This document shows positions 1 through 10,700 of a DNA stretch of 64,000 nt, piece after piece (the first letter of the stretch is position 1; each line of letters opens with the position of its first letter). This DNA comes from Candidatus Delongbacteria bacterium. Lineage in GTDB: Bacteria; CAIWAD01. Position numbers and translations under genes: made by a program. The notes beneath the pieces were generated by a model, which was not told where the DNA came from, searched no databases, and worked only from the letters and a program-made list of their open reading frames with translations. The stretch is from positions 32,001 through 96,000 of the forward strand of contig OY760505.1 in assembly GCA_963663545.1 (NCBI GenBank), read 5' to 3'.

Positions 1-690
1 GCCTTTGCCGACGACCACAGTATCGTGGCCGGTCTGGGACGCATCGGTGACACAAATCTGGCGATCATCGGACACCAGAAGGGGCGTGATACAAAGTCCA
101 ATATCTATCGCAATTTCGGCATGCCGCAGCCCGAGGGCTACCGCAAGGCGCTGCGTGTGATGCAGACCGCCGAGCGTTTCGGTCTGCCGGTGTTGACCTT
201 GGTGGATACTTCAGGCGCCTATCCCGGTCTGGGTGCGGAAGCGCGTGGGCAGGCTGAGGCTATTGCCCGTAATCTCTTCGAAATGGCCCGTTTGAAAGTG
301 CCCATCGTCACCGTTGTTGTGGGCGAAGGCGGATCTGGTGGCGCATTGGCGCTGGCCGTCGCCGACCGTGTGTTGATGTTCCGCCACTCGATTTACAGCG
401 TGATCAGCCCCGAGGGCTGCGCGTCCATTCTTTTCCGCGACGCGGGCAAAGCCCAGGAGGCCGCCGAGGCCATGCAGATCACCGCTGGCAGATTGTTAGA
501 GCGTGGCATCGTCGACGAGGTACTCGATGAGCCCGAAGGTGGCGCACATCGCGATTGGGACGCAGCTGCCCGAACCTTGCAAGCCGCAGTGATGGGCCAT
601 TTCAACGAGCTGAGCGCCCTGCCAGTGGACGAGCTGGTGACGCGGCGCATCGCCAAGTTTGATGCGATGGGAGAGTGGGAGCTTGCCTGA
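1..690 (+). CDS. accA: Acetyl-CoA carboxylase carboxyltransferase alpha subunit (5' end outside window)
   Basis: Motifs [42 protein letters not shown] and [13 protein letters not shown]; frame is open from base 1. Confidence 0.97.
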   Translation, partial: AFADDHSIVAGLGRIGDTNLAIIGHQKGRDTKSNIYRNFGMPQPEGYRKALRVMQTAERFGLPVLTLVDTSGAYPGLGAEARGQAEAIARNLFEMARLKVPIVTVVVGEGGSGGALALAVADRVLMFRHSIYSVISPEGCASILFRDAGKAQEAAEAMQITAGRLLERGIVDEVLDEPEGGAHRDWDAAARTLQAAVMGHFNELSALPVDELVTRRIAKFDAMGEWELA

Positions 691-1171
691 GTCCCGTCTT
701 CCGGCCGCCGACAGTGCAGGCTTTCGCGTCATCGATCGCATTCGCGTGCGCTACGCCGAGACGGACCAGATGGGCTACGCCTACTACGGCCACGCGGCCA
801 CCTGGTTCGAGCTGGCGCGCACAGGCCTTCTCAGGCTTGCCGGGCGTACTTATCGCAGCATCGAAGAGCAGGATGAACTCATTTTGCCTGTGCTCGAAAT
901 GAATATTGTGTATCACCAGGCAGCCCACTACGACGATGAACTCACGCTGCTGGCGCGCTGCGATGTATCACAGGATCACCGCGGTCGTCCTTCCCGTCTG
1001 CGCTTCCGCATGGAGTTCCAGATTTGCCGTGACACAGAGCTGCTCTACGAGGGCCACACGCTGCACTGCTTCCTCAGGCGTGATACACGAAGACCGGCCA
1101 ACATGCCTTCGTGGTTCCTGGAGCTTTTGCAGCAGTTGAACAGTAGCAGAGGAGATCAGACTCATGCATGA
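683..1171 (+). CDS. Acyl-CoA thioesterase, YbgC/FadM (4HBT hotdog) family
   Basis: [26 protein letters not shown] motif; probable TTG start overlapping the accA stop. Confidence 0.9.
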   Translation: MPESRLPAADSAGFRVIDRIRVRYAETDQMGYAYYGHAATWFELARTGLLRLAGRTYRSIEEQDELILPVLEMNIVYHQAAHYDDELTLLARCDVSQDHRGRPSRLRFRMEFQICRDTELLYEGHTLHCFLRRDTRRPANMPSWFLELLQQLNSSRGDQTHA

Positions 1172-1325
1172 CAAGCTCCAAGAATGGTTGCCTTTTTTGT
1201 GCTGCCCGTTGTGTCGCGGTGAGTTGGAACTGCAGCGGGAGGCACTCTATTGCTGTGCTTGCGAGCGTGCCTATCCCATCATCGACGGAATTCCTGATCT
1301 GGTGCCGCCGGAGCGAGAGGACTGA
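1164..1325 (+). CDS. Trm112/YcaR family small zinc-ribbon protein, 53 aa (not in ORF track)
   Basis: Hand translation [53 protein letters not shown]; CPxC..CxxC..YPIxDGIP signature; GGAG RBS. Confidence 0.88.
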   Translation: MHDKLQEWLPFLCCPLCRGELELQREALYCCACERAYPIIDGIPDLVPPERED

Positions 1326-1382
1326 GGGCCGTTGGTCCGGCGCGCTTTGTTATCTTGACCGAAACTTTTCTGGAGAAGAATC

Positions 1383-1679
1383 ATGCCCCTTTTTGCCCAA
1401 GCCGCTGCAAGTCCCAATCCGCTGGGAATGATGCTGCCCTTCATCGTCATGATCGCCATCATCTACTTCCTGATCATTCGTCCGCAAAACAAGCGGCAGA
1501 AAGAGCATCAGAAGATGGTCGAAGCGCTGGTCAAGGGCGATCGCATTTTAACCAACGGCGGCCTTTACGGCACTGTCAAGGATATCAAGGAAGACATCGT
1601 GATCGTGAAGATTGCGGAAGGCGCGAATGTAGAACTTGCCCGTTCGGCAATCTCTGCGGTTATTCGCAAAAAGGACTAG
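1383..1679 (+). CDS. yajC: Preprotein translocase subunit YajC
   Basis: YFLIIRPQNKRQKEH, KGDRILTNGGLYGTV. Confidence 0.96.
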   Translation: MPLFAQAAASPNPLGMMLPFIVMIAIIYFLIIRPQNKRQKEHQKMVEALVKGDRILTNGGLYGTVKDIKEDIVIVKIAEGANVELARSAISAVIRKKD

Positions 1680-1709
1680 GCCGCCTGTCGGTACTGTGAA
1701 AGGAAGAGG

Positions 1710-2213
1710 ATGGACTACGACGTACGTATCATCGGCGATCCCGTGTTACGCCGTAAAGCCGAAACCGTTACCGTCTTCGACGAAGAGCTGAAAGCGCTGG
1801 CTCAGGATATGCTGGAAACCATGGTCGACTCCGATGGAGTAGGTCTGGCCGCGCCCCAGGTGGGCATCAGCAAACGCCTGCTGGTGGTGGGCATTCCCGA
1901 CGAAGAGGATAAGCTGCATTTCGCCGCCTTTGTGAATCCGCGCATTCTCGAGCAGCGCGGCAACGTGGTGATGGAAGAAGGCTGCTTGAGTGTGCCGGGC
2001 ATCCGCGAGGATGTGGAGCGCCCTGAAAGCATCCGCTTGAGCTGGCAGGATCTGGACGGCGAGCAGTACGAAGGCTGGCTCACCGATCTGGACGCTCGCG
2101 TGTTACAGCACGAGATGGATCACCTCGAGGGCGTGCTTTTTATCGATCGCATCAGTCCCGCACGGCGCACTACGCTGAAGAGTCGCCTGAATGATCTGAA
2201 GCGGCAGGACTAA
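1710..2213 (+). CDS. def: Peptide deformylase
   Basis: GVGLAAPQVG, EGCLSVPG and QHEMDHL motifs. Confidence 0.97.
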   Translation: MDYDVRIIGDPVLRRKAETVTVFDEELKALAQDMLETMVDSDGVGLAAPQVGISKRLLVVGIPDEEDKLHFAAFVNPRILEQRGNVVMEEGCLSVPGIREDVERPESIRLSWQDLDGEQYEGWLTDLDARVLQHEMDHLEGVLFIDRISPARRTTLKSRLNDLKRQD

Positions 2214-3152
2214 ATGGCCGGGCTGGTTTTCATGGGCAGTCCGGGGTTCGCACTGCCAAGCCTGGATGCACTGGTGGCGGCTGGCCATGACCTTCGTCTG
2301 GTGGTCAGTCGGCCTGATCAACCTGCCGGGCGTGGTCGCAAGCTGCGTCCGACCGAGGTCAGTGCCCGAGCGCTGGAGCTTGGATTACCGCTATGTCGCC
2401 CTGTGCGCATGCGCGATCCTGGTTTTCTGGCCGAGCTGCGCGGCACCGAGGCCGAGCTGTTTGTCGTGGTGGCCTTTCGCCTGCTGCCCGGACGCATTCT
2501 CAAAATGCCAAGTCTGGGTGCCTTCAACTTGCACGGAAGCCTGCTACCCGCTTATCGCGGCGCGGCTCCCATTCAACACGCTTTAATGGACGGCAAGGCC
2601 AGCACGGGTCTGACCACTTTCCTGCTGGACCGCGGCGTGGATACAGGCGGCATTCTGCTACAGGAAACCACACCTATTTCTACCGGCGACGACCTGGGTA
2701 GCCTGCACGATCGCATGGCGGTTCAGGGAGCCGCTTTGGTGGTGCGCACGGTGGAGGGGCTGCTGGCGGGAACACTGACGGCGACTTCCCAACCCGAAGG
2801 CAACTGGCCCCTGGCGCCGCGCATCGAAGCCGATACACGCCGCATTGACTGGCACAGGGCTGCCAACATGCTGCACAATCAGGTGCGTGCGCTTTCGCCC
2901 GTACCTGCTGCGCTGTGCCGACTGCACGACCGCTGGTTGAAGCTTTTCGCCACGCGCGTTGAAGAATTGCCGACGGACGATAGCGCCCCCGCACCCGGCA
3001 CGGTTCTGGAAACGGGAGGCGAAGGCCCCCTGGTGGCCTGTGGCGCACGTGCACTGCGTATTCTGGAACTGGCTCCCGAAGGCAAACGACGTATGCGCGC
3101 CGCCGACTGGCTGCGTGGTTACAAGCTGGAAATCGGCGAACAGATGGAGTGA
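2214..3152 (+). CDS. fmt: Methionyl-tRNA formyltransferase
   Basis: FMGSPGFA, PDQPAGRG, NLHGSLLPAYRGAAPIQ; directly follows def. Confidence 0.96.
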   Translation: MAGLVFMGSPGFALPSLDALVAAGHDLRLVVSRPDQPAGRGRKLRPTEVSARALELGLPLCRPVRMRDPGFLAELRGTEAELFVVVAFRLLPGRILKMPSLGAFNLHGSLLPAYRGAAPIQHALMDGKASTGLTTFLLDRGVDTGGILLQETTPISTGDDLGSLHDRMAVQGAALVVRTVEGLLAGTLTATSQPEGNWPLAPRIEADTRRIDWHRAANMLHNQVRALSPVPAALCRLHDRWLKLFATRVEELPTDDSAPAPGTVLETGGEGPLVACGARALRILELAPEGKRRMRAADWLRGYKLEIGEQME

Positions 3153-3174
3153 ACAACTGTACCGAGGAGGTAGC

Positions 3175-3954
3175 ATGAAGTCTATTCTATTCTCACTGAT
3201 GCTTCTACCCCTGCTGAGTACCGGGCTACAGGCAGCGACGAGTTTTGATGATCTGCTGGACGAGGTCATCGTCAACACCAATGCCGAATTGGAAACCTAC
3301 GTTCAGCCGCTGGCTGACGCTCTGGCACAAGGCGCGAGTACGGCCACATTTCATAGCGCCGGATCCAAGGGGCTACTGGGCCTGGATCTGGGCGTCAAGC
3401 TGCAAACCCTGTCCTTCGGTTCTGGCGATCAGGAAGGCATCCTGGATCAGAGCGAGGCCAATGCGGCCGTGCTGCCGGTGCTCTTTGTCAACAAAGGCCT
3501 GGTGGCGGGCTGGATGGTGGGCGTGCGCGGCATGAGCCTCAAGCTGAGCGACGAGGTGGGTACGTTGACGTTGTTGGGCGGTGCGGTACGCTGGGAAGTG
3601 AATGAACTCTTCGATATCCCGCTCGTGATGCCGCGCATTGGTTTGCAGGCGAACTACAACCGCCTGAGTGTGGGCGAATACCTGCAAACGGATGCCCTTA
3701 GCTTCGACCTGTTGGTCTCCAAGCAACTGCTGATTTTGGGTCCCTACGCGGGCTACAGCTACGGCAAGGCGACGACAAATCTGGATTTCACCAGCCGCAG
3801 CAATCTGCCCGTAGACATGGATCTGGACAGTGATATCAGCCGCCTGACCCTGGGCCTGAACATCACGCCCTTCCCGCTTTTGCGAATCAATGCTGAGTAC
3901 AGTATGGGCACCTACGATACCTATACCGTGGGCTTGCTGTTCGATCTCTTTTAG
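3175..3954 (+). CDS. Secreted/outer-membrane beta-barrel-like protein of unknown function
   Basis: GAGGAGG RBS before ATG 3175; signal peptide; alternating beta-strand pattern; C-terminal Phe (VGLLFDLF). Confidence 0.65.
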   Translation: MKSILFSLMLLPLLSTGLQAATSFDDLLDEVIVNTNAELETYVQPLADALAQGASTATFHSAGSKGLLGLDLGVKLQTLSFGSGDQEGILDQSEANAAVLPVLFVNKGLVAGWMVGVRGMSLKLSDEVGTLTLLGGAVRWEVNELFDIPLVMPRIGLQANYNRLSVGEYLQTDALSFDLLVSKQLLILGPYAGYSYGKATTNLDFTSRSNLPVDMDLDSDISRLTLGLNITPFPLLRINAEYSMGTYDTYTVGLLFDLF

Positions 3955-3962
3955 GACCGCGC

Positions 3963-5105
3963 GTGGCAGGAGTATTGATCATCGGTTCCACCGGCTCCAT
4001 CGGTGAGAACACATTGAAGGTGCTGGAACAGCATGCGGAGGAATTCTCCGTTGCCGGACTGAGCGCGCATAGCCGCTGGCAGCGCCTGGTAGAGCAGGCT
4101 CTTGCTTACAAACCACAGTTTGTTCACATCAGCGAGGAGCACTTTGATCGGGTCAAGGAGGCGCTGAGCGGCAGCGGAATTGAAGTCCTCTGCGGTTGGC
4201 GCGAACTGGTCGAAGCGCCGGCACGTCCCGAAGTGGAGGTGCTGGTTTCTGCCATCGTCGGCGTACGCGGGCTTGAGCCTCTGCTGACGGGCATTCGCCA
4301 CAAGCGCCGCGTCTGTTTTGCCAACAAGGAGCCGCTGGTCAGTGCCGGAGAGCTGGTGATGCGCGAGGCTGCGGCTTCAGGGTGCATTCTGCTGCCCATC
4401 GACAGCGAGCACAGCGCCATTCTGCAGTGCATTCAAGGTGAGGCGCACGAGGATCTGCGCCGCGTGATCCTGACGGCGTCTGGTGGACCTTTTCGCCTGG
4501 CCAGTCGAGTGGAGTTCCTCGGTGCCGGACTCGAGCAGGCGCTGAAGCATCCTACCTGGTCGATGGGGGCCAAAATCACCATCGACTCAGCCACCATGAT
4601 GAACAAGGGGCTCGAAATCATCGAGGCCTGTTGGCTCTATCGTCTGCCGGAAATCTCCGTTGGCGTACTGTTGCATCCGCAATCGATCGTGCACTCCATG
4701 GTTGAATTCCGCGATGGCAGTGTAAAGGCGCAACTGGGGTTGCCCGATATGCGCATTCCCATTCAGTACGCGCTCAGCTGGCCCAGGCGTCTCGAACTCG
4801 AGATGCCGGTGCCTGATTGGGCGGCCATGGGGGCGTTGGAGTTTGCGGAACCCGACACGGACAAGTTCCGTTCGTTGACGATTGCGCGCGAGTGTTCGCG
4901 CCTGGGCGGTGCTTACGCTTGTGTCATGAATGCGGCCAATGAAGCGGCTGTAGCGCGCTTTCTTGAAGGCGGCATGCCACTGGGGCGCATCCTGGAGTTG
5001 GTCGAAGATGAGCTGGCCGCTTACTCGGGACAGCACAAAAGCCTTGAAGAACTCATCGAATTGAGCGAGGATATTCAACACCGGGTGCGGTCCCGGACTA
5101 GCTGA
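3963..5105 (+). CDS. dxr: 1-deoxy-D-xylulose-5-phosphate reductoisomerase
   Basis: GSTGSIG, ANKE, LPIDSEHSAI, HPTWSMGAKITIDSATMMNKGLE. Confidence 0.97.
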   Translation: MAGVLIIGSTGSIGENTLKVLEQHAEEFSVAGLSAHSRWQRLVEQALAYKPQFVHISEEHFDRVKEALSGSGIEVLCGWRELVEAPARPEVEVLVSAIVGVRGLEPLLTGIRHKRRVCFANKEPLVSAGELVMREAAASGCILLPIDSEHSAILQCIQGEAHEDLRRVILTASGGPFRLASRVEFLGAGLEQALKHPTWSMGAKITIDSATMMNKGLEIIEACWLYRLPEISVGVLLHPQSIVHSMVEFRDGSVKAQLGLPDMRIPIQYALSWPRRLELEMPVPDWAAMGALEFAEPDTDKFRSLTIARECSRLGGAYACVMNAANEAAVARFLEGGMPLGRILELVEDELAAYSGQHKSLEELIELSEDIQHRVRSRTS

Positions 5106-5120
5106 AATCACAGGAATCTC

Positions 5121-6236
5121 ATGCTGACCCTGTTCTCCTTCATCATTGTCATCGGCATCATTATCACGGTTCACGAAGCGGGCCACTTCCTTGCTGCGCG
5201 CGCCGTCGGTATTCGCGTGGAGACTTTCTCCATTGGCTTTGGACCCGCCATCTATCGCTGGCAGCGCGGCGAAACCGAGTACCGTGTAGCCTGGATTCCG
5301 CTGGGCGGCTATGTGAAAATGGCGGGAATGATCGACGAAAGCCTGGACGAGCAGTCCGTCACGGGGGCGCCCGACGAGTTCATGTCGAAGAATTTCCTGC
5401 AGAAGAGCCTGGTGATTCTGGCTGGCGTGATCATGAACTTCGTTCTGGCCATCGTGTTGTTTACAACCCATGCCTGGTTTCAGGGAGTGCAAGAGCCCGT
5501 CGATCGGCCCTTGATCGGTGGAGTGGATGCGAATCAACCCGCCTACGCTGCCGGGCTGCGCGAAGGCGATCTTATTCTTAGCATCGAAGGCCGTAATGTG
5601 GACTCCTGGGTGGCCATGGCGGAGGAAATTCGTCAGCATCCCGAAGAACAGATTCAATTGTATGTGCTACGTGATACAGACTCGCTGCTGGTGCTCGTAA
5701 CTCCCGCACTAGTGCCCGCACCCAGCGGCAAGGAACAGGTGGGCGCCATCGGCATCATCCCCACCTACGAGACGCATCGCGTCGGTTTGATCTCGGGTCT
5801 GCGGGCGGGTACGCTGCAAACCTACGGCGTCATGTCAGCGGTCACCGGTACTCTTCGTGCGCTGATGACGGGTAACGCAGGGCTACGTGACCTGGGCGGA
5901 CCCCTCTTTATCGCTCAGCTTTCGGGCGAAAGCGCACGCAACGGCGTCTGGAGTTTTCTGGCCTTTTTGGCATTCATTTCCGTCAACATCGGTTTTCTGA
6001 ACCTCCTGCCCATTCCCGCACTTGACGGCGGCCACATGGTGTACATCTTCGTGGAAGGCCTGATGCGGCGACCTCTTCCGGTCAAGTTGAAATTGTGGAT
6101 CCAGCAGGTGGGCATGATCCTGCTGTTGGTACTGATGCTCATTATCCTGAAGAATGATGTTGTGCGCGTTTTCCAGCGGCATCAGAATACGTCACCTGCC
6201 ACGGAGCAGCTCCAGGAGACGGGAGAGCAGCCGTGA
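5121..6236 (+). CDS. rseP: RIP metalloprotease RseP (site-2 protease with PDZ domain)
   Basis: HEAGH, FSIGFGP, PLGGYVKM, NLLPIPALDGGH; adjacent to dxr. Confidence 0.96.
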   Translation: MLTLFSFIIVIGIIITVHEAGHFLAARAVGIRVETFSIGFGPAIYRWQRGETEYRVAWIPLGGYVKMAGMIDESLDEQSVTGAPDEFMSKNFLQKSLVILAGVIMNFVLAIVLFTTHAWFQGVQEPVDRPLIGGVDANQPAYAAGLREGDLILSIEGRNVDSWVAMAEEIRQHPEEQIQLYVLRDTDSLLVLVTPALVPAPSGKEQVGAIGIIPTYETHRVGLISGLRAGTLQTYGVMSAVTGTLRALMTGNAGLRDLGGPLFIAQLSGESARNGVWSFLAFLAFISVNIGFLNLLPIPALDGGHMVYIFVEGLMRRPLPVKLKLWIQQVGMILLLVLMLIILKNDVVRVFQRHQNTSPATEQLQETGEQP

Positions 6237-7633
6237 TTCGTGTGACGCTGTGCCTTCTGCTGGCCTTGTGCTTGCGTCAGGCCTGGGCCACACCTGATGC
6301 CGATACTCTGGACCGCATTGACCGCTTGGCGATCACAGCTTCGCTTAGTGAAATGGAGCAGGACTACGAGCGGGCGGCTGGCATTTGGCGACATCTGCTT
6401 CAGCTTGATCCCGAATGCGCCCAAGCTGTCGATGCCCTCTGGGATCTGGCGCTGGAGTTACGCGACGAAAACCTGCTGTTAAGCTGTGGCAAATGGTACA
6501 GCAGCCATTGGCCCTACAATCCAGAGCGAACCGCCGACTATGTGGATTTCTGCTACCGCAGTGGCAGAAGTCAACAGGTTGACGAGACACTGGACAGTCT
6601 GCCCGACTCAACCTGTATCCCCTTGCGCGTGCAGTTGCTGCTTGATCGCGACCGCTTGCGCGAGGCTGGCAAAGCGCTGGGGCGTTATTCGCGTCAGCCG
6701 CTGTCGCGTATTCTGGGTGACTATTATCAGGAAGACTACTTCTGGGAGCTCATCTTCGAATGGGGGCGTCGCGCCGAGCGGCTGAGCGCGGCCATCAAGC
6801 TCATTGATCGTTTTGCTGCTGCAGAATCCAGCGCGGCGGCGCAGATGACGCGCGCGCGCCTGTATTACCTGCTCGAGCGCGAGGACGCGGGCCGCGGTGC
6901 GCTTGAGAAGGCACTCAAACTGAATCCTGATTACCTGGAGGCATGGCTGCTTTTAGGGCGGATCCATCTCTATCGCAAAGAATACGAGCAATCGGTGCAG
7001 GCCTATCAACGGGCGGCGGACCTCGTCCCGGATGACCCGGAAGTGCTGCGCTATCTGGCCATTGCGTTGAGTTATGCAGGACGCAGCGCCGAAGCGGGTG
7101 AACTGCATGCGACACTGGTTAGCCGGTTTCCTATGGTGCAATCCCTCTGGGCCGATTACGGCACCTGGCTCGATCGGGCTGGCAATTTTGAGAAAGCACG
7201 CATCGTTTACGAGAAAGCGATTGAGGCTTTTGGTCAGGAGTCGTCGCCAGCGCTGCTGAACAACCTTGCCTTTCTGCTGGCCAATCAAGGTGTTGAAATG
7301 GATCGTGCCCTGATGCTGGTTACCCGCGCCCTGGATACGGATCCCGTTTCGGCCAGTTTTCTCGACACCAAGGGCTGGATTTTCTTCCGCATGGGACGGA
7401 TGCAAGAAGCACGCGCTTATCTGGAGCAGGCCTTCCGGCAAATGCCCGAATCCGGCGAGATTCAGTATCACATGGGTGAATTGGAACTACAGGCCGGCAA
7501 CGTGGATCTTGCCCGCGAATACTGGGAGCGCGCGCTCAAACTTGAACCTGGCATGAAAGTGATACATGAGCGTCTTGAAAGCCTCGAAGAACAGGACAGT
7601 GTTCCTGTGAGGAGTGAACATGATCCCAAGTGA
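6233..7633 (+). CDS. Exported tetratricopeptide-repeat protein
   Basis: Signal peptide; TPR motifs including LNNLAFLLA and FLDTKGWIFFRMG. Confidence 0.85.
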   Translation: MIRVTLCLLLALCLRQAWATPDADTLDRIDRLAITASLSEMEQDYERAAGIWRHLLQLDPECAQAVDALWDLALELRDENLLLSCGKWYSSHWPYNPERTADYVDFCYRSGRSQQVDETLDSLPDSTCIPLRVQLLLDRDRLREAGKALGRYSRQPLSRILGDYYQEDYFWELIFEWGRRAERLSAAIKLIDRFAAAESSAAAQMTRARLYYLLEREDAGRGALEKALKLNPDYLEAWLLLGRIHLYRKEYEQSVQAYQRAADLVPDDPEVLRYLAIALSYAGRSAEAGELHATLVSRFPMVQSLWADYGTWLDRAGNFEKARIVYEKAIEAFGQESSPALLNNLAFLLANQGVEMDRALMLVTRALDTDPVSASFLDTKGWIFFRMGRMQEARAYLEQAFRQMPESGEIQYHMGELELQAGNVDLAREYWERALKLEPGMKVIHERLESLEEQDSVPVRSEHDPK

Positions 7634-8969
7634 CCCCAAACAGCTTCAGCTGCAAATGGAGCAGGTCCTGGACCTGTGCAAAGAATGCGATCTGGCCGAC
7701 GTCCGCATCGACACTTCCTACGAGGCACTTTCGCGTTTTGCCAATAACAACATCCAGCAGAATGTCGCCCAGACGGGCACCGGCCTGACACTGGTGTTGA
7801 AAGAAAACGGCCGTCAAGCTACCGGCAACACGAATCGCCTGGACAAAGACAGTCTGCGGCGTCTGGTGGAAAGCACACGCTTTGCGGCCAGCAAGCAGAA
7901 GCCGATGGCGGAGGATGTGCCGCTGGTGGCTGCCTGCCCGACGGCGCACAAAGATTCGTTGGACCCCGCCACGGCAGAACTGAGTCCGGAGGAGAAGGCG
8001 CGTGACATCGGCCTGATCTGCGAGGCCGCTCGCGAGCAGGAAATGGTGGCTCACGGTATTTATCGCAACGGCTACACTCAGTTTGCCATGGCAAACAGCG
8101 CGGGGCTGTACTGCAGTTTCCAATCCTCTTCCGCGGCGGTTTCGGCAACGGTCGAGGGCGTGGATTCCACCGGTTGGGCCGAGCAGGAAAACCGCAAGGC
8201 CTCCGTGTTGCAAGTGGGCCAGGTGGCGCAGGAGGCGACGGAAATCGCTTTGCGCAGCCGCAATCCCCAGCCTTTGGAACCGGGCGTGTACGAGGTTGTA
8301 TTGCCGCCGGCGGGTGTGGCTGATTTGCTGATGTTTCTGTCCTATTCCGCCTTCAACGCAAAGGCGCTGCAGGATGGCACCAGCCCGATGGCGGGCAAGC
8401 TGGGGCAGAAGTTGTTTTCGGAGCACTTCTCGCTTAGCGATGACTTTGCTCATCCGCTGATCGACGGCATGCCCTTCGATTTCGAAGGTGTATCACGCCA
8501 GGCGGTCAAGTTGATCGAGCGGGGCGTCTTCAGCAATCCCGTGTACGATTTGAGCACGGCAAAGAAGGCGGGTACCGTCAGTACTGGCCACGGTTTGCCG
8601 CGGCCCAACTCCCACGGCCCGGTGGCGCTGAATCTAGTGATCGAGCCCGGATCCAGCAGTCTGGAAGAAATGATCGCCAACACCAAGCGCGGCTTGTTGG
8701 TGACACATCTGCATTACACCAACATGGTGGATCCTTCGGAGCTGACGCTGACGGGTATGACCCGCGACGGTCTGTTTTTGATCGAGAACGGCAAGCTCTC
8801 GCACCCCGTACGCAACATGCGCTTCACCGACAGTCTGTACCAGATTTTCGGCAGCATTAGTGCTGTGGGGCATGAACAGCAGTATCATGGCGGGTTTTTT
8901 GGCGGTGGTGGAGTGCTAAGCGCCATCAAGGTCGATCGCTTCCGCATGAGCAGCGAGAGCAGCTTCTAG
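7620..8969 (+). CDS. TldD/PmbA family protein, PmbA/TldE-like subunit
   Basis: RFANNNIQQN, LEPGVYEVVLPP, PFDFEG, STGHG, TGMTRDGLFLIENG; no HExxxH; paired with TldD. Confidence 0.9.
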   Translation: MIPSDPKQLQLQMEQVLDLCKECDLADVRIDTSYEALSRFANNNIQQNVAQTGTGLTLVLKENGRQATGNTNRLDKDSLRRLVESTRFAASKQKPMAEDVPLVAACPTAHKDSLDPATAELSPEEKARDIGLICEAAREQEMVAHGIYRNGYTQFAMANSAGLYCSFQSSSAAVSATVEGVDSTGWAEQENRKASVLQVGQVAQEATEIALRSRNPQPLEPGVYEVVLPPAGVADLLMFLSYSAFNAKALQDGTSPMAGKLGQKLFSEHFSLSDDFAHPLIDGMPFDFEGVSRQAVKLIERGVFSNPVYDLSTAKKAGTVSTGHGLPRPNSHGPVALNLVIEPGSSSLEEMIANTKRGLLVTHLHYTNMVDPSELTLTGMTRDGLFLIENGKLSHPVRNMRFTDSLYQIFGSISAVGHEQQYHGGFFGGGGVLSAIKVDRFRMSSESSF

Positions 8970-9007
8970 TCTGCGCTTTGGTCGAGGATCCACTTCGGGA
9001 GATCACA

Positions 9008-10447
9008 ATGCAACACCTTCTGGAACTTGCCCTGGAAAGCGCACAACGAGCGGGTGCGGACTGGGCTGATATACGCATTATCGCGACGCGCCAGGAAGGC
9101 CTGTTTACGCAGGATGGCGAGCTCGGCGCGCTGAACAATTCGGACGATCTGGGTTACGGTATTCGTGTGCTGGTCAAGGGCGCCTGGGGCTTCGCCGCCA
9201 GTGATCGCATGGACGCCGACTCGGTAATGCAAACCGCCAAGCTGGCCGTGCGCATCGCCAGCGCCAGTGCCCAACTCAATTCTGAAACCGTGCGCTTGGC
9301 CACCGAGCCCGCCTGGCAGGATATCTGGCAGACACCGGTTCAGCTGGACCCCTTCAAGGTTTCCATCGAAGACAAGTTGGCGCTGCTGTTTGAAGCCGAC
9401 AGCATTTTGCGCAAAGATCCGCGCATCAAACGCGCCAATGGCAAGCTGGCCTTCAAGCGCGAGCATCAGTGGCACGCCACAAGCGAGGGCGCTCGTATCG
9501 AGCAGATCCTGCTGCGCTCCAGCGCGGGAATCACCGTAACCGCCATCGAGGATGGCAAACAGCAGATCCGCGGCTACCCTATGTCTCACGGAGGCGGCAA
9601 CATGTGCGCCGGGTGGGAATACGTGCAGGCGCTGGATCTGGTAGGCAACGCGGAGCGCATTCGCGAAGAAGCCCTTGCGCTACTTTCTGCGCCGAAGTGC
9701 CCTTCGGGCCGCTACGACTTGATTCTGCTGCCGCGTCAGCTGGTGCTGCAGATCCACGAATCCGTGGGGCACGCTACCGAGCTGGACCGAGTGCTGGGCT
9801 ACGAAGCCAATTACGCAGGCACTTCCTTTGCCACAACCGAGAAGCTGGGCCACTTCCAGTACGGCAGTTCCCTTGTCAATCTAGTGGCCGACGGCACCGT
9901 GCCCGGCGGGCTGGCGACCCAGGGCTACGATGACGATGGCGTACGTCAGGGACGCTGGCACATTGTGCAACAGGGCATTCTCAAGGGCTACATGACCAAT
10001 CGCGAGTTGGCGCACCGCATCGGTGAAGACGCAAGCCGCGGCTGCAATCGGGCCGATGGTTGGAACAACCTGCCCATCACGCGCATCAACAATCTTTCGC
10101 TGATGCCGGGCAATTCCAGCCTTGAAGAGCTCATTGCCGGCGTGGACGACGGAGTCATGATGGACTGCAACAAGTCCTGGTCCATCGACCAACGTCGCCT
10201 GAACTTCCAGTTCGGCTGCGAAATCGGCTGGCGCATCAAGGGCGGTAAGGTGGTCGGTCTGGTGCAGAACCCCACGTATCAGGGTATGACACCCGAGTTC
10301 TGGAATGCCTGCGACGGCATTGCCAGCTTCGACGAATGGGAGCTTGTGGGCGTAGCCAACTGCGGCAAAGGTCAACCGGGACAGACGGCGGAGATGAGCC
10401 ACGGCAGTGCGCCAGCGCGTTTCCGGCAGATTGAGGTGGGCATCTAG
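9008..10447 (+). CDS. tldD: TldD family metalloprotease
   Basis: IHESVGHATELDRVLG zinc motif, YDDDGV, CGKGQPGQ. Confidence 0.9.
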   Translation: MQHLLELALESAQRAGADWADIRIIATRQEGLFTQDGELGALNNSDDLGYGIRVLVKGAWGFAASDRMDADSVMQTAKLAVRIASASAQLNSETVRLATEPAWQDIWQTPVQLDPFKVSIEDKLALLFEADSILRKDPRIKRANGKLAFKREHQWHATSEGARIEQILLRSSAGITVTAIEDGKQQIRGYPMSHGGGNMCAGWEYVQALDLVGNAERIREEALALLSAPKCPSGRYDLILLPRQLVLQIHESVGHATELDRVLGYEANYAGTSFATTEKLGHFQYGSSLVNLVADGTVPGGLATQGYDDDGVRQGRWHIVQQGILKGYMTNRELAHRIGEDASRGCNRADGWNNLPITRINNLSLMPGNSSLEELIAGVDDGVMMDCNKSWSIDQRRLNFQFGCEIGWRIKGGKVVGLVQNPTYQGMTPEFWNACDGIASFDEWELVGVANCGKGQPGQTAEMSHGSAPARFRQIEVGI

Positions 10448-10471
10448 AACCGCCTATCCATTGAAATGCAG

Positions 10472-10499
10472 AAGCCCCTCCCGCGTGGAGGGGTTTTTT
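10472..10499 (+). terminator. Rho-independent terminator
   Basis: AAGCCCCTCC-CGCGT-GGAGGGGTTT stem followed by a T run, after tldD. Confidence 0.85.
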
Positions 10500-10700
10500 G
10501 CTGTGCTGGATTTCTTGATAGAGACAACAATAATAACAGAATGATCAGGTTGTTCAATTGCGGTCACCGGCGAGTGAATATCATATGCAGATGGCCGAAT
10601 CTTTACGGTTGTCCTATTTGAAATCTGAACAATATCCAATGGCATACACATTGCGCTAGCAGCCTCAAGTATGTTCACCGAGCACCAAAGGAGGAAGCGT

